From positions 1-51,145 of the forward strand of contig CAILIB010000015.1 of NCBI GenBank assembly GCA_903834195.1: DNA of 51,145 nucleotides, in the 5' to 3' direction. Numbering within the stretch: the stretch's first letter is position 1; every line of letters begins with the position of its first letter. Shown here one piece after another: positions 35,646 to 44,253 of this stretch. The translations under genes and the position numbers were made by a program. This DNA comes from an uncultured Candidatus Berkelbacteria bacterium. Its GTDB lineage: Bacteria; Patescibacteriota; UBA1384; CAILIB01. The notes under the pieces were generated by a model. It searched no databases. It worked only from the letters and a program-made list of their open reading frames with translations, and was not told where the DNA came from.

Positions 35646-36407
35646 TTACTTGCCGTTCACTTGCTGATTATGCTGGGCCAACGTCTTGGCAAGCAAAAGC
35701 TGTCCGTTCTTATGAACAAAATAGTAGTAAGGATTGGTTTCAGGATTAATAGCTGCCTCGATACTCTTGATTCCAGGGTTACAAATAGGTCCAGGCGGCA
35801 AGCCTTCAACAGTATATGTGTTAAAAGGTGAATGTACCCCTTGATAATCGGCAACGGTAATTACTCCCCAGAACTGAAAAGTACTATCTGGATTTGCCTG
35901 GTATGCAAGCGTGTCTTTGGCATATTGAGTTGTTGGATCAGCCTCAAGCTTCATGTTGATCTTGAGACGATTGTTGTAGACGCCGGCAATTGTTGCACGT
36001 TCAGAGTCGCCACTTGCTTCACGTTCTACAATTGAAGCAAGAATGAGTTGGTCCCTGGTCAGGTTTAGCGAGGCAGTTTTTGTATTAAAATTCTCCTGCA
36101 TTTTACTTACAACATCACTTGCAGATGTGTTAGGAAAAAAACGGTATGTATCAGGGAAGAGTGTCCCTTCTACCCCGGAAGAGGCGGCAAGAAAGTCTTT
36201 GGCACTTGTAATTCCTTTATTCTCCAATTCAGTTGCGATTTCTTCGCGACGCTTTCCTTCAACTACAGTAATGCTAATATCTTTACGCTTGAGTGATCGG
36301 GCCAGTGCGTCGGCAGCATCCTTACCTTGTTTATAGTAATGGATACCTGTAAACACAGAGGCACCTAGAATAACGATGACAAGGACAGCGATTATCCATT
36401 TCACCAT
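35646..36407 (-). CDS. mltG: Endolytic transglycosylase MltG (short form)
   Basis: 'EGTLFPDTY', 'LASIVEREA', 'LEADPT', 'SPFNTY...GLPPGPICNPG'. Confidence 0.93.
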   Translation of the reverse strand: MVKWIIAVLVIVILGASVFTGIHYYKQGKDAADALARSLKRKDISITVVEGKRREEIATELENKGITSAKDFLAASSGVEGTLFPDTYRFFPNTSASDVVSKMQENFNTKTASLNLTRDQLILASIVEREASGDSERATIAGVYNNRLKINMKLEADPTTQYAKDTLAYQANPDSTFQFWGVITVADYQGVHSPFNTYTVEGLPPGPICNPGIKSIEAAINPETNPYYYFVHKNGQLLLAKTLAQHNQQVNGK

Positions 36408-36817
36408 GCTAATCCATTCTCATCCAGGTAATCCTGAAGTAGTACTGCAGCGGCAGCAGCATCTTTATCGGTACCAGGGAAGCGTTGCAAAGCGTCTTGG
36501 GTAGTTAAATACTCGTTTGCCTTGATGATTACTGGGGTTAGGTTTGACGCCGTAAGAAGTGTTTCGAGTCGGCTCAGTAGGCCTTCGGTACGGAGAGATT
36601 GAGCTGTTGCGGTTCCGTCTTCTTCCCAGGGAATGCCCACAAGAATTGTGGCAATTTCATACTCTTTACAGAGTTTTACTACTGCTTCCAGCATTGGATT
36701 TGCGTGCGGAGGTGTCCAAGTAACTGTTGTGAGTGGCTGGGCGATGCGCCCACTCTCTGATAAGGCAACGCCGGTATGGCGAAGGCCAATATCAAGTGCC
36801 AAGTAGGGACTACTCAT
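36401..36817 (-). CDS. ruvX: YqgF/RuvX RNase H-like nuclease
   Basis: 'LALDIG...GVALSE', 'LVGIP', 'NEYLTT', 'DAAAAAVLLQDYLD'. Confidence 0.88.
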   Translation of the reverse strand: MSSPYLALDIGLRHTGVALSESGRIAQPLTTVTWTPPHANPMLEAVVKLCKEYEIATILVGIPWEEDGTATAQSLRTEGLLSRLETLLTASNLTPVIIKANEYLTTQDALQRFPGTDKDAAAAAVLLQDYLDENGLAW

Positions 36818-38639
36818 AACTGACTGATACCGTCAAAAAGTGCGAAATAAATGGAAGGCGCTTTAGTGGCCACCAACCTGGTTTTTGAGAAATTGAAAGG
36901 GTAGCATTTGGTACATTCGCGGCAATGTATGCCTGGGCATCAGCAAGGGTCTTTCCAGAAATCTGTTTTTGGATGGTTGCAGTATTTAAGATGGCCGACT
37001 GTTTACCAGTAGTAGCACTAGTAATAGTTGCAGATTTACCATCTTTACCTGGAGTAAATGCAGTAACTGTTGTTCCTGTAATTTCTCGGCTTGAGGTGTT
37101 TGGTGTGTCAGCAAGTGAACGTGCTCGCGCAGCAGCTGTAATGTCAGCGGTTGCCACGGTTAATCGTTGGACGTGGATTGCGCCAGTTACTTTTCCAGTA
37201 TCAACCTGATCACCTACTGAAACGTTGAGGCTTGGGACATCACTGGTAGTTGTATCTGTTGTTGCATTGAATTGAAGGGCTTTGTCAGTCACGAGCTGGG
37301 TCAATTTTTGAGTAACTTCATCACCTAGTTTTTTGGCTAGCGCGGCTTTTGCTCCAGTAACATCGGCATCACTAATAATTGCAACTTGTTTGCTTGTGCC
37401 GCCTGCAGCTGTAAGAGATCCGGTGAGGTCAATGCCATTACCTATAATTTCTCCTATACTTGTTCCGGTAATATTACTCGCTGTTCCAGCAGCGTTAGCA
37501 GTAATCGCAACTGAGGCCGTGCCAGGGATAAGTGGTTTACCCGGTGCTTGAACGTATCCAGGTATTGATGCCGCGGCTGAAGTTGTAAACTGTAGCCCAC
37601 CTGCTGTTACAATTGTGCCTGCAGGTAAAATTTGCGGAGTAGTACTCTTACTGTTGAATAGAGTTACTGTGCCGCTTGCATTTGTGCCAACATCTTTTGT
37701 TCCGGTTGCCTTAAAATCTTGAGAATCAGTTACATCAACAGTCTGAATAGTTGCAGGAAGTGATGTGTAATCAGCACTTACCGATTTGATGTCGGTAGAA
37801 GTGTTGAAGCTGAGATCCTTTTTCCACTGGTCGGCCTTCACGGTGACTTTTGCATCGGTAATCGGTAAGAAAAGGAAGCTAATCGCGATTAAAGCTACGA
37901 GAAGCAGTGCACCGCAATACAATACAAAAGGTGCAATTTTACGACGCACCTTTTTACGTGGCCCGGCAAGTGCAGTTCTTGGTGCAATTGGAGTGCGAGA
38001 GATGCTGGTATCGCTTGGTGGCGTGAGCGGTTTGCGGTCAATGGAACGGCGCTCCAGATTCGGCACGTCTACTGGAATCACTGGAGGTGCCATATCTTCA
38101 GGTGTTATTGGGGCTGTGGGAACATCTGTGACAACAGCTTCCTCAGGTTTTTCAACTGGGATCTCCTGGCGAACTATTTCGGGAATACTCTCAGGGGCAA
38201 CAGCTTGTACTGGGGTAACAAGTTTTTTGGGAATAATAATAGGTTCAACAGCTGTGCGAGTAGGTGATTCAGATTGCTCATCCGGCGCTTCACCCTCATC
38301 ATAGTATCGGTGAATTCTGACACCACCAATAACATCTGCCTCAGGCTGTTCTTGATCTAACCCACCTTCCTGGAGGACTTTTGCAACCTCAGATTCGGTT
38401 GATGCAACTGGAATACCAAGTTGCGTAGCAAGATTGCGACCAATTTTATCGGTAGTAACGATAACAAGTTCTTTGCCTGCATCGTTAGCTGCGCGGCGGG
38501 CGAGCTTCAAATTAACAATACTTTGAAGTAGTGTAGCTCCTTTTGGTGCTACAAGAGCCACTAACTTTTCAGGAGCGGCTTTAAGGCGCTCAATGACGGT
38601 GGTAATTTCGTCGCTCGGTTCTACGTAGAGTTTATGCAT
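36810..38639 (-). CDS. Single-pass membrane protein with a baseplate-J/gp47-like extracellular region
   Basis: N-terminal 'DEITTVIERLK...PKGATLLQSIVNLKL' domain, P-rich linker, TM, 'ASGTVTLFN...LPAGT...FTT...V.ITA...G...NI...GGTS'. Confidence 0.7.
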   Translation of the reverse strand: MHKLYVEPSDEITTVIERLKAAPEKLVALVAPKGATLLQSIVNLKLARRAANDAGKELVIVTTDKIGRNLATQLGIPVASTESEVAKVLQEGGLDQEQPEADVIGGVRIHRYYDEGEAPDEQSESPTRTAVEPIIIPKKLVTPVQAVAPESIPEIVRQEIPVEKPEEAVVTDVPTAPITPEDMAPPVIPVDVPNLERRSIDRKPLTPPSDTSISRTPIAPRTALAGPRKKVRRKIAPFVLYCGALLLVALIAISFLFLPITDAKVTVKADQWKKDLSFNTSTDIKSVSADYTSLPATIQTVDVTDSQDFKATGTKDVGTNASGTVTLFNSKSTTPQILPAGTIVTAGGLQFTTSAAASIPGYVQAPGKPLIPGTASVAITANAAGTASNITGTSIGEIIGNGIDLTGSLTAAGGTSKQVAIISDADVTGAKAALAKKLGDEVTQKLTQLVTDKALQFNATTDTTTSDVPSLNVSVGDQVDTGKVTGAIHVQRLTVATADITAAARARSLADTPNTSSREITGTTVTAFTPGKDGKSATITSATTGKQSAILNTATIQKQISGKTLADAQAYIAANVPNATLSISQKPGWWPLKRLPFISHFLTVSVSYE

Positions 38640-38672
38640 ACGCTTATATTGTAGCGCGTAAACTGGAGAACT

Positions 38673-39935
38673 TTAAGAGCGGAGCGATTTGAGGATCTTA
38701 TTCATTGTGCCTCCTAAGTGGGTTTCGGAAGATACGAGATCGAGTGCGATGTTGGCCAGTGCCATTGGAGTTACATCTTGTGTGCCTGTAAGATCTTTCG
38801 TCTGATCTTTAATATTGGTGACGTTTTCAGGTTTGATGAACTGTATTTCGGGCTGCTTGGCAAATGGTAAGTCTTTGCTCCACTTTTTTCCTTCAAGTGC
38901 CTTTTTTAAGTCCGGCAACAGACTTCCACCACCGCAGAGGAAAATCTTGGTTGGGAGCAATTTGTTGTCAATAAACCGTTCAGAGGTTGCGAATTCTTCC
39001 AAGGCAAGCTCAACTCCCGATAGCCATACCGAAACATCGCTTTCAATGTAGTCATGTACGCGGTCGATATCTTTGTCATCAAGTTCACCGTCTGAATAGG
39101 CAATTTTGACCTTTTCAGCTTCGGCAAATGAAATCTTCAATTCACTTGCGATGCGCTTGGTAAATACTCGTCCACCCAGGGCAAACATTTTAGTACCTTC
39201 TAGACCACCAGAACGTACAACTGCAATATCAGTAGTGCCGCCGCCAACGTCAATGAAAATACTTGAAAGATCGCCGGTTTCTTGATCGCCAAAACAGCGA
39301 GCAACTGCGTATGGCTCTGTAGCAACGGTGAGTAAGGTTAAATCGAGACCGTCGACAATACTTTGAATCGCACCTAAGTGAACGGTTGGGGCGTATGCAG
39401 TGTAAATGTTAACTTCAACTGATTTTCCTTGAAAACCAATTGGATTAGTGACACGGTACCCGTCAATTTTGACGCCAACAACTGCAGAGTTCACTAATTG
39501 AACTTCAATTTCTCGGTAGCCGGTTTCCCAAGCAAGTTCCTTACGAGACTTCTCGAGAATTTGCTTTTGGGCCTCACTGATAATTTCTTGCAGCTCGGCT
39601 TGAGTAATTGGTGTATTCGGGTTGCGACGGGTGAGAGTTGTGCTGGTTGTGGCTCCCTTAACGAGCTCGCCCGCAATACCTACCACAGTTTGTTCAGCTT
39701 CTCGCCCGGCTTGAGTAAACGCTTCCTCGATTGCCTTGGCGGCAGTCGAAATGACGCCGTGGATATCTGTAACGTGTCCACCCTGCATATCTGAAAGACG
39801 TTGACGGTGTTTGGCTGCGCCAATAACCACTCCGTGATCTTCATGAACTTCAAAAACCAATGTTTTAACAAACTCGGTTCCGATGTCGAGTGAGAGGGCT
39901 ACAGGAATTGATGGAGTACGCCGGAATAGTGCCAT
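38673..39935 (-). CDS. FtsA-like actin-fold ATPase
   Basis: 'LSLDIGTEFVK', 'VVGIAG', 'EPYAVA', 'IDVGGGTTDIA', 'AEAEKVK', 'LCGGGSLL'; likely ATG at 39935. Confidence 0.85.
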   Translation of the reverse strand: MALFRRTPSIPVALSLDIGTEFVKTLVFEVHEDHGVVIGAAKHRQRLSDMQGGHVTDIHGVISTAAKAIEEAFTQAGREAEQTVVGIAGELVKGATTSTTLTRRNPNTPITQAELQEIISEAQKQILEKSRKELAWETGYREIEVQLVNSAVVGVKIDGYRVTNPIGFQGKSVEVNIYTAYAPTVHLGAIQSIVDGLDLTLLTVATEPYAVARCFGDQETGDLSSIFIDVGGGTTDIAVVRSGGLEGTKMFALGGRVFTKRIASELKISFAEAEKVKIAYSDGELDDKDIDRVHDYIESDVSVWLSGVELALEEFATSERFIDNKLLPTKIFLCGGGSLLPDLKKALEGKKWSKDLPFAKQPEIQFIKPENVTNIKDQTKDLTGTQDVTPMALANIALDLVSSETHLGGTMNKILKSLRS

Positions 39936-40011
39936 AGTGATCATATAGTACCACACCACAAAAGACTCTGCCTGCTTCTGTGTGACCCATCCAGCAGTGT
40001 ATACTAATCAC

Positions 40012-40833
40012 ATGCAAGATCTTGTAGGGGGGAGTACAGTGTACGTTTTTGGGGGAGGCATACTTGTTGCGCTCCTACTTGGGTTTTTAATAGGTCGATT
40101 AGCAAAGAGTCGACGTTCTGATGGAATGGGTGATGCCGGCACGAAGGTGCGTCAGGACCAGTTTATTATGCTTGCCTCTCATTATCTACTGACCCCACTG
40201 AGTATTATTCAGACAGCACTCGCGAGTCTGCAAGAAGCTGATATGTCACTTAATGTTGATCAGCGACATCGATTATATGATGCAATTCAGGCGGGACAAA
40301 AGCGTCTTTGGATTGTGGCCGAGGAAATGGTTCTGGTGAACGAAATTGAGCACTCAACACTTGAGCCTCAGTTTGCTCCATCTGATGTTTCTGATGTAAT
40401 TTCTGCGGCTATAGCTGATGTAGATGTTTTTGCACGCGTGAAGAATCTGGCAATCCTTTTTCATGACATGAGTGGGCAGTTTCATGAAGCTCGCCTCGAT
40501 GCTCGTCGTATGCGCCAAGCTGTTATTGCTATCTTGGATAATGCGATTAAGTTTAGTGAGATTGGTGATAAGGTTGAAATCCAACTGATTTGTGAAGAAG
40601 GTTTTTATAACTTGATCGTAAAAGATACTGGAGTTGGTATGGATGAGCAGGCAAGAGCTCGTCTAGGGGAGCGGTTCTTCCGCGGTAGTTCGCTCTATAA
40701 TTTCAATTACGAAGGAATGGGTCTTGGATTACACATCGCGTATGCCATTTTTAAGGCTCATGGCGGATCTATGTCGATTATGTCGGAAGTGAACGTTGGT
40801 ACTACGGTTACTGCTCGTTTTCCGATGCTGTAG
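40012..40833 (+). CDS. Orphan membrane-anchored histidine kinase (HisKA + HATPase_c)
   Basis: One TM; H box 'SHYLLTPL', N box 'LDNAIKFS', G1 'DTGVGM', 'FFRG', G2 'GMGLGL'. Confidence 0.88.
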   Translation: MQDLVGGSTVYVFGGGILVALLLGFLIGRLAKSRRSDGMGDAGTKVRQDQFIMLASHYLLTPLSIIQTALASLQEADMSLNVDQRHRLYDAIQAGQKRLWIVAEEMVLVNEIEHSTLEPQFAPSDVSDVISAAIADVDVFARVKNLAILFHDMSGQFHEARLDARRMRQAVIAILDNAIKFSEIGDKVEIQLICEEGFYNLIVKDTGVGMDEQARARLGERFFRGSSLYNFNYEGMGLGLHIAYAIFKAHGGSMSIMSEVNVGTTVTARFPML

Positions 40834-40887
40834 TTGGGGTATCTCTACAGACAAAACTGAATGTGGTAAGGTGAGAAAAACCCTCCT

Positions 40888-42687
40888 ATGCAACATTTAT
40901 CCTCCTCTGAAACTCGTACCCGCTTTTTGAACTTTTTCCGTGAGCACGGCCATACTGTTGTGCCGTCGGCTTCACTGGTGCCAGAAAATGATCCAACTGT
41001 CCTGTTTACTACTGCGGGAATGCAGCCGTTAGTGCCGTATTTAATGGGAGAACCACACCCGCTTGGCCGTCGAATTGCCAGTGCGCAGAAATGTGTTCGT
41101 ACCGGGGACATTGAGGAAGTTGGTGACAATCGTCATCTGACGTTTTTTGAAATGTTGGGCAACTGGTCACTAGGAGATTACTTCAAGAACCAGTCGATTC
41201 GCTGGAGTTTTGAGTTTTTGACCAATAAAGATCATGGACTTGGTCTTGATCCGGAACGGCTCTATATCACTGTTTTTGCCGGTGATGCCAATGCTCCGAA
41301 AGATGAGGAGTCTATAGGTATTTGGAAAGAAGAGTTTGCCGGTGTTGGTATTGATGTGCAGGTTGATCGTCCACTGGCTGAAGGTGGGCGTATATTCTGT
41401 TTGCCTGCTGAATCTAACTGGTGGGGTCCTGCTGGTCAATCTGGCCCATGTGGACCTGATACTGAGATCTTTTACGACCGAGGTGAAGGACATGGAGCAC
41501 AAACCCTTTCTGACGGTTTTCCTGATTTTGACAGTGGCCGATTAGTGGAGATTTGGAACAATGTGTTCATGATGTTTAACAAAACAGAGGATGGAAGCTT
41601 CATTCCACTTGAACACAATAATGTGGATACAGGTATGGGCTTCGAGCGCATTCTCTGTGTGCTTCAGGATGTGGCGACTCCATTTGAAACTGATGCGTTT
41701 TTGCCACTCATAGAGGTGTTGCGAACATTTGTACCTGAGGCAGTTCAGCAAGATACGTTGAGTATGAATATTATTGCAGATCACCTTCGCGCTGCGGTGA
41801 TGCTTGGGGTAGATGGCGTGCGTCCGTCAAATAAGGACCGGGGCTACGTACATCGCCGTTTAATTCGCCGTGCAGTGCTAAAGATGCAAGTTGAGAGCAC
41901 TGATTGGATTCATCCGGCAGTTGAAGCTGTGGCAGGAATTTATGCGGAGCAATATCCAGAAGTTGGTGCTGTTGTGGCTGAAATTTCTCAATCTATTGAA
42001 GAAGAGGTACGTAAATTCCAAAAAACACTTGGTCGTGGCAAGCAAGAAATTGCAAAGCGAGGCCATTTAACGGGTAAAGACGCTTTCGATCTCTATCAGA
42101 GTTACGGTTTTCCACTTGAGTTAACCCGCGAGTACGCTGCGAGCCAGGGTGTGACCATTGATGAACAGGAATTTGAGGCTGAGTTCCGCAAGCATCAAGA
42201 TTTATCTCGCACAGCGTCAGCTGGGCAGTTCTCATCTGGTTTGGCAGATCACTCTGAACAGACGGTGAAATATCATACAGCCACTCATTTGCTCCACCAG
42301 GCACTACGTGACGTGCTCGGTCATACTGTGCAGCAGCGGGGAAGTAATATTACTCCAGAACGGCTGCGGTTTGACTTTTCTTACCCTGAAAAAATGACGC
42401 CTGAACAAATTCAGCAGGTTGAGAGTATTGTGAATGAGAAAATTAAGGCTGATTTACCAGTTGGTACGACAGAAATGTCGCCGGACGAGGCACATACGTT
42501 AGGCTTTCTCGGGTTCTTTGGTCACAAATATGGTGACATTGTCAGTACCTACGATATTGGTGGGTACTCGCGTGAGATTTGTACCGGTCCACATGTTGAA
42601 CATACCGGTGTGATGGGTGAGTTTAAGATTCAGAAAGAGGAAGCAGTTTCTGCTGGTGTACGGCGGATTAAGGCAGTGCTTTCGTAA
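40888..42687 (+). CDS. alaS: Alanine--tRNA ligase (short form lacking the C-Ala domain)
   Basis: 'DPTVLFTTAGMQP', 'HLTFFEMLGNWS', 'EIWNNVF', 'DTGMGFER', editing 'HTATHLL' and 'CTGPHV'. Confidence 0.97.
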   Translation: MQHLSSSETRTRFLNFFREHGHTVVPSASLVPENDPTVLFTTAGMQPLVPYLMGEPHPLGRRIASAQKCVRTGDIEEVGDNRHLTFFEMLGNWSLGDYFKNQSIRWSFEFLTNKDHGLGLDPERLYITVFAGDANAPKDEESIGIWKEEFAGVGIDVQVDRPLAEGGRIFCLPAESNWWGPAGQSGPCGPDTEIFYDRGEGHGAQTLSDGFPDFDSGRLVEIWNNVFMMFNKTEDGSFIPLEHNNVDTGMGFERILCVLQDVATPFETDAFLPLIEVLRTFVPEAVQQDTLSMNIIADHLRAAVMLGVDGVRPSNKDRGYVHRRLIRRAVLKMQVESTDWIHPAVEAVAGIYAEQYPEVGAVVAEISQSIEEEVRKFQKTLGRGKQEIAKRGHLTGKDAFDLYQSYGFPLELTREYAASQGVTIDEQEFEAEFRKHQDLSRTASAGQFSSGLADHSEQTVKYHTATHLLHQALRDVLGHTVQQRGSNITPERLRFDFSYPEKMTPEQIQQVESIVNEKIKADLPVGTTEMSPDEAHTLGFLGFFGHKYGDIVSTYDIGGYSREICTGPHVEHTGVMGEFKIQKEEAVSAGVRRIKAVLS

Positions 42688-42690
42688 AAT

Positions 42691-42731
42691 AAATAGCGCT
42701 CAGAGTATTTTTAGATACTAAGAGCGCATTT
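42691..42731. terminator. Hairpin between convergent genes
   Basis: aaatagcgctc...gagcgcattt imperfect inverted repeat. Confidence 0.5.
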
Positions 42732-42745
42732 GGTCACCGCCGATT

Positions 42746-43417
42746 TTAGTCGACGTAGTTGAAGTGTGCGCGGACACGGTCCGCGATACTATGAATGTTC
42801 TCCAGAGGGCGGTTGTGGTCGTCCGTGGAGTTGTCTAGCGTAATGATTTGGCCGCCGTGTGACATTTTATAGTCGCCGATCAGTCGGCGGAACGAAGTTT
42901 CTGTGCCAGAGGCTTCACGGCCTTCGAAGGCATCTTTTAGCCGAGATCGTCGCCAGTCGTCGGTTGCAGTGATGTGAATGGCTAGGCCCTTCACAACATC
43001 AAAACCAACTTCAAAGTCTCTCTCTTTTCTGGCTCCGATGACACCTCCAGGGCCGTTTTCAAGAGCCAAAGTGAGTGCTGTACGAATCAGGATTTCCTTC
43101 CCGAATGTTTCACACAGTTCGGCTTGGTGTGATTCAAGGTCTTTTGCAATGGCGAGTTTGCCGTTGTAGGCGGCCTCACTTGATCCGCAGAGGTGGCTCA
43201 AATCCTCACCCATTTTTTCCCCGAGAGAGGGGATGAGTACGTCGTCAGAGATTGTGACAAGCTTAAGCCAGGGAAGAACCTCTTCCATTACGGCCTGATG
43301 TTTGTTTTTTCCTGCCCCGGCGTTGCCGAGCAAGAGAATGGCGGGTCTGCCTTGAAGTTGATCAAGGGGCAAGGCGTTGGCGAAAAGAGTTTGAAATCGA
43401 TTCTGTATAGCAACCAA
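42746..43417 (-). CDS. P-loop nucleotide-kinase-like hypothetical protein
   Basis: 'ILLLGNAGAGKN' Walker A; 'IHITATDDWRRSRL' lid-like segment; 'LDNS'. Confidence 0.55.
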   Translation of the reverse strand: MVAIQNRFQTLFANALPLDQLQGRPAILLLGNAGAGKNKHQAVMEEVLPWLKLVTISDDVLIPSLGEKMGEDLSHLCGSSEAAYNGKLAIAKDLESHQAELCETFGKEILIRTALTLALENGPGGVIGARKERDFEVGFDVVKGLAIHITATDDWRRSRLKDAFEGREASGTETSFRRLIGDYKMSHGGQIITLDNSTDDHNRPLENIHSIADRVRAHFNYVD

Positions 43418-43570
43418 AGAAGAAACACCTCGGGCCTGTTAAAATCCCATAATGGGTCAACAGACATGAATCGTTTATACCAGTAGCAAGATAACTAATC
43501 AACACCCTTGCTGCTTGACATTATTTGAAATCAGTACGGAAATTAATAAAAAATTAAGCCGAATATATCA

Positions 43571-43598
43571 TTGACAAACAAGTCGATTCGGCTATACT
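43571..43598 (+). promoter_or_regulatory. Sigma70 promoter upstream of greA-lysS
   Basis: TTGACA (43571-43576), 16 bp, TATACT (43593-43598). Confidence 0.7.
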
Positions 43599-43776
43599 TT
43601 TTGCAGCAACCACCTACAGTATGCCTAAGGGCAACTTTTTTATTACCACTACTTTACCTTTTGTGCATAACAGGTTCAAAAGATACTAGTAGACTCAGTA
43701 TGATCCCGCACTGCGGGGGTGGGGGCGCTGCGCTAACCATTTACCTATTACTTAGGACGATCCGTAGAGTACCCTT

Positions 43777-44247
43777 ATGAAAGACGTATTACTTACAAAA
43801 GAGGGATTAGAAAAATTGAAGGGCGAGTTGAAGAAGCTTATTGAAGTTGATCGCCAAGCCGTCGTTGCCCTCATTAAGGAGGCTCGTGCGTACGGTGACT
43901 TCTCCGAAAACAACGAGTATGACGCAGCTCGTGACCAGCAATCAATGATTGAAGGTCGTATTGAGGAACTTGAAGCGCTTCTTAAGAATGCTCGAGTAAT
44001 CGATGAAGACAAGGTTAAGGCTAGTACCGGCCGTGTTGTTATTGGTGCTACAGTAGAAGTTGAAGTAGAAGGCGACAAGGAAGTATTCCAATTAGTTGGT
44101 TCTGCTGAATCTGATCCTTCAACAGGTCACATTTCTGTAGAGTCACCTCTCGGTAAGGCTCTTCTTGGAGCTCAGATTGGTGAAGTTGTTGCCGTGGTAA
44201 CACCAGATGGCGACAGTATGAATTACAAAATTATTAAGATCAATTAA
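43777..44247 (+). CDS. greA: Transcription elongation factor GreA
   Basis: 'LTKEGLEKLKGEL', 'GDFSENNEYDAA', 'ISVESPLGKALLG'. Confidence 0.97.
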   Translation: MKDVLLTKEGLEKLKGELKKLIEVDRQAVVALIKEARAYGDFSENNEYDAARDQQSMIEGRIEELEALLKNARVIDEDKVKASTGRVVIGATVEVEVEGDKEVFQLVGSAESDPSTGHISVESPLGKALLGAQIGEVVAVVTPDGDSMNYKIIKIN

Positions 44248-44253
44248 CCAAGA

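Noticed and set aside
36810-38639. Prophage or contractile injection system
   Set aside because: The baseplate-J-like gene has a TM helix, sits among cell-wall genes, and has no sheath, tube, spike or capsid neighbours.
40888-42687. alaS truncation as pseudogene or novelty
   Set aside because: Aminoacylation and editing motifs are intact, and short AlaRS lacking C-Ala is known in reduced genomes.
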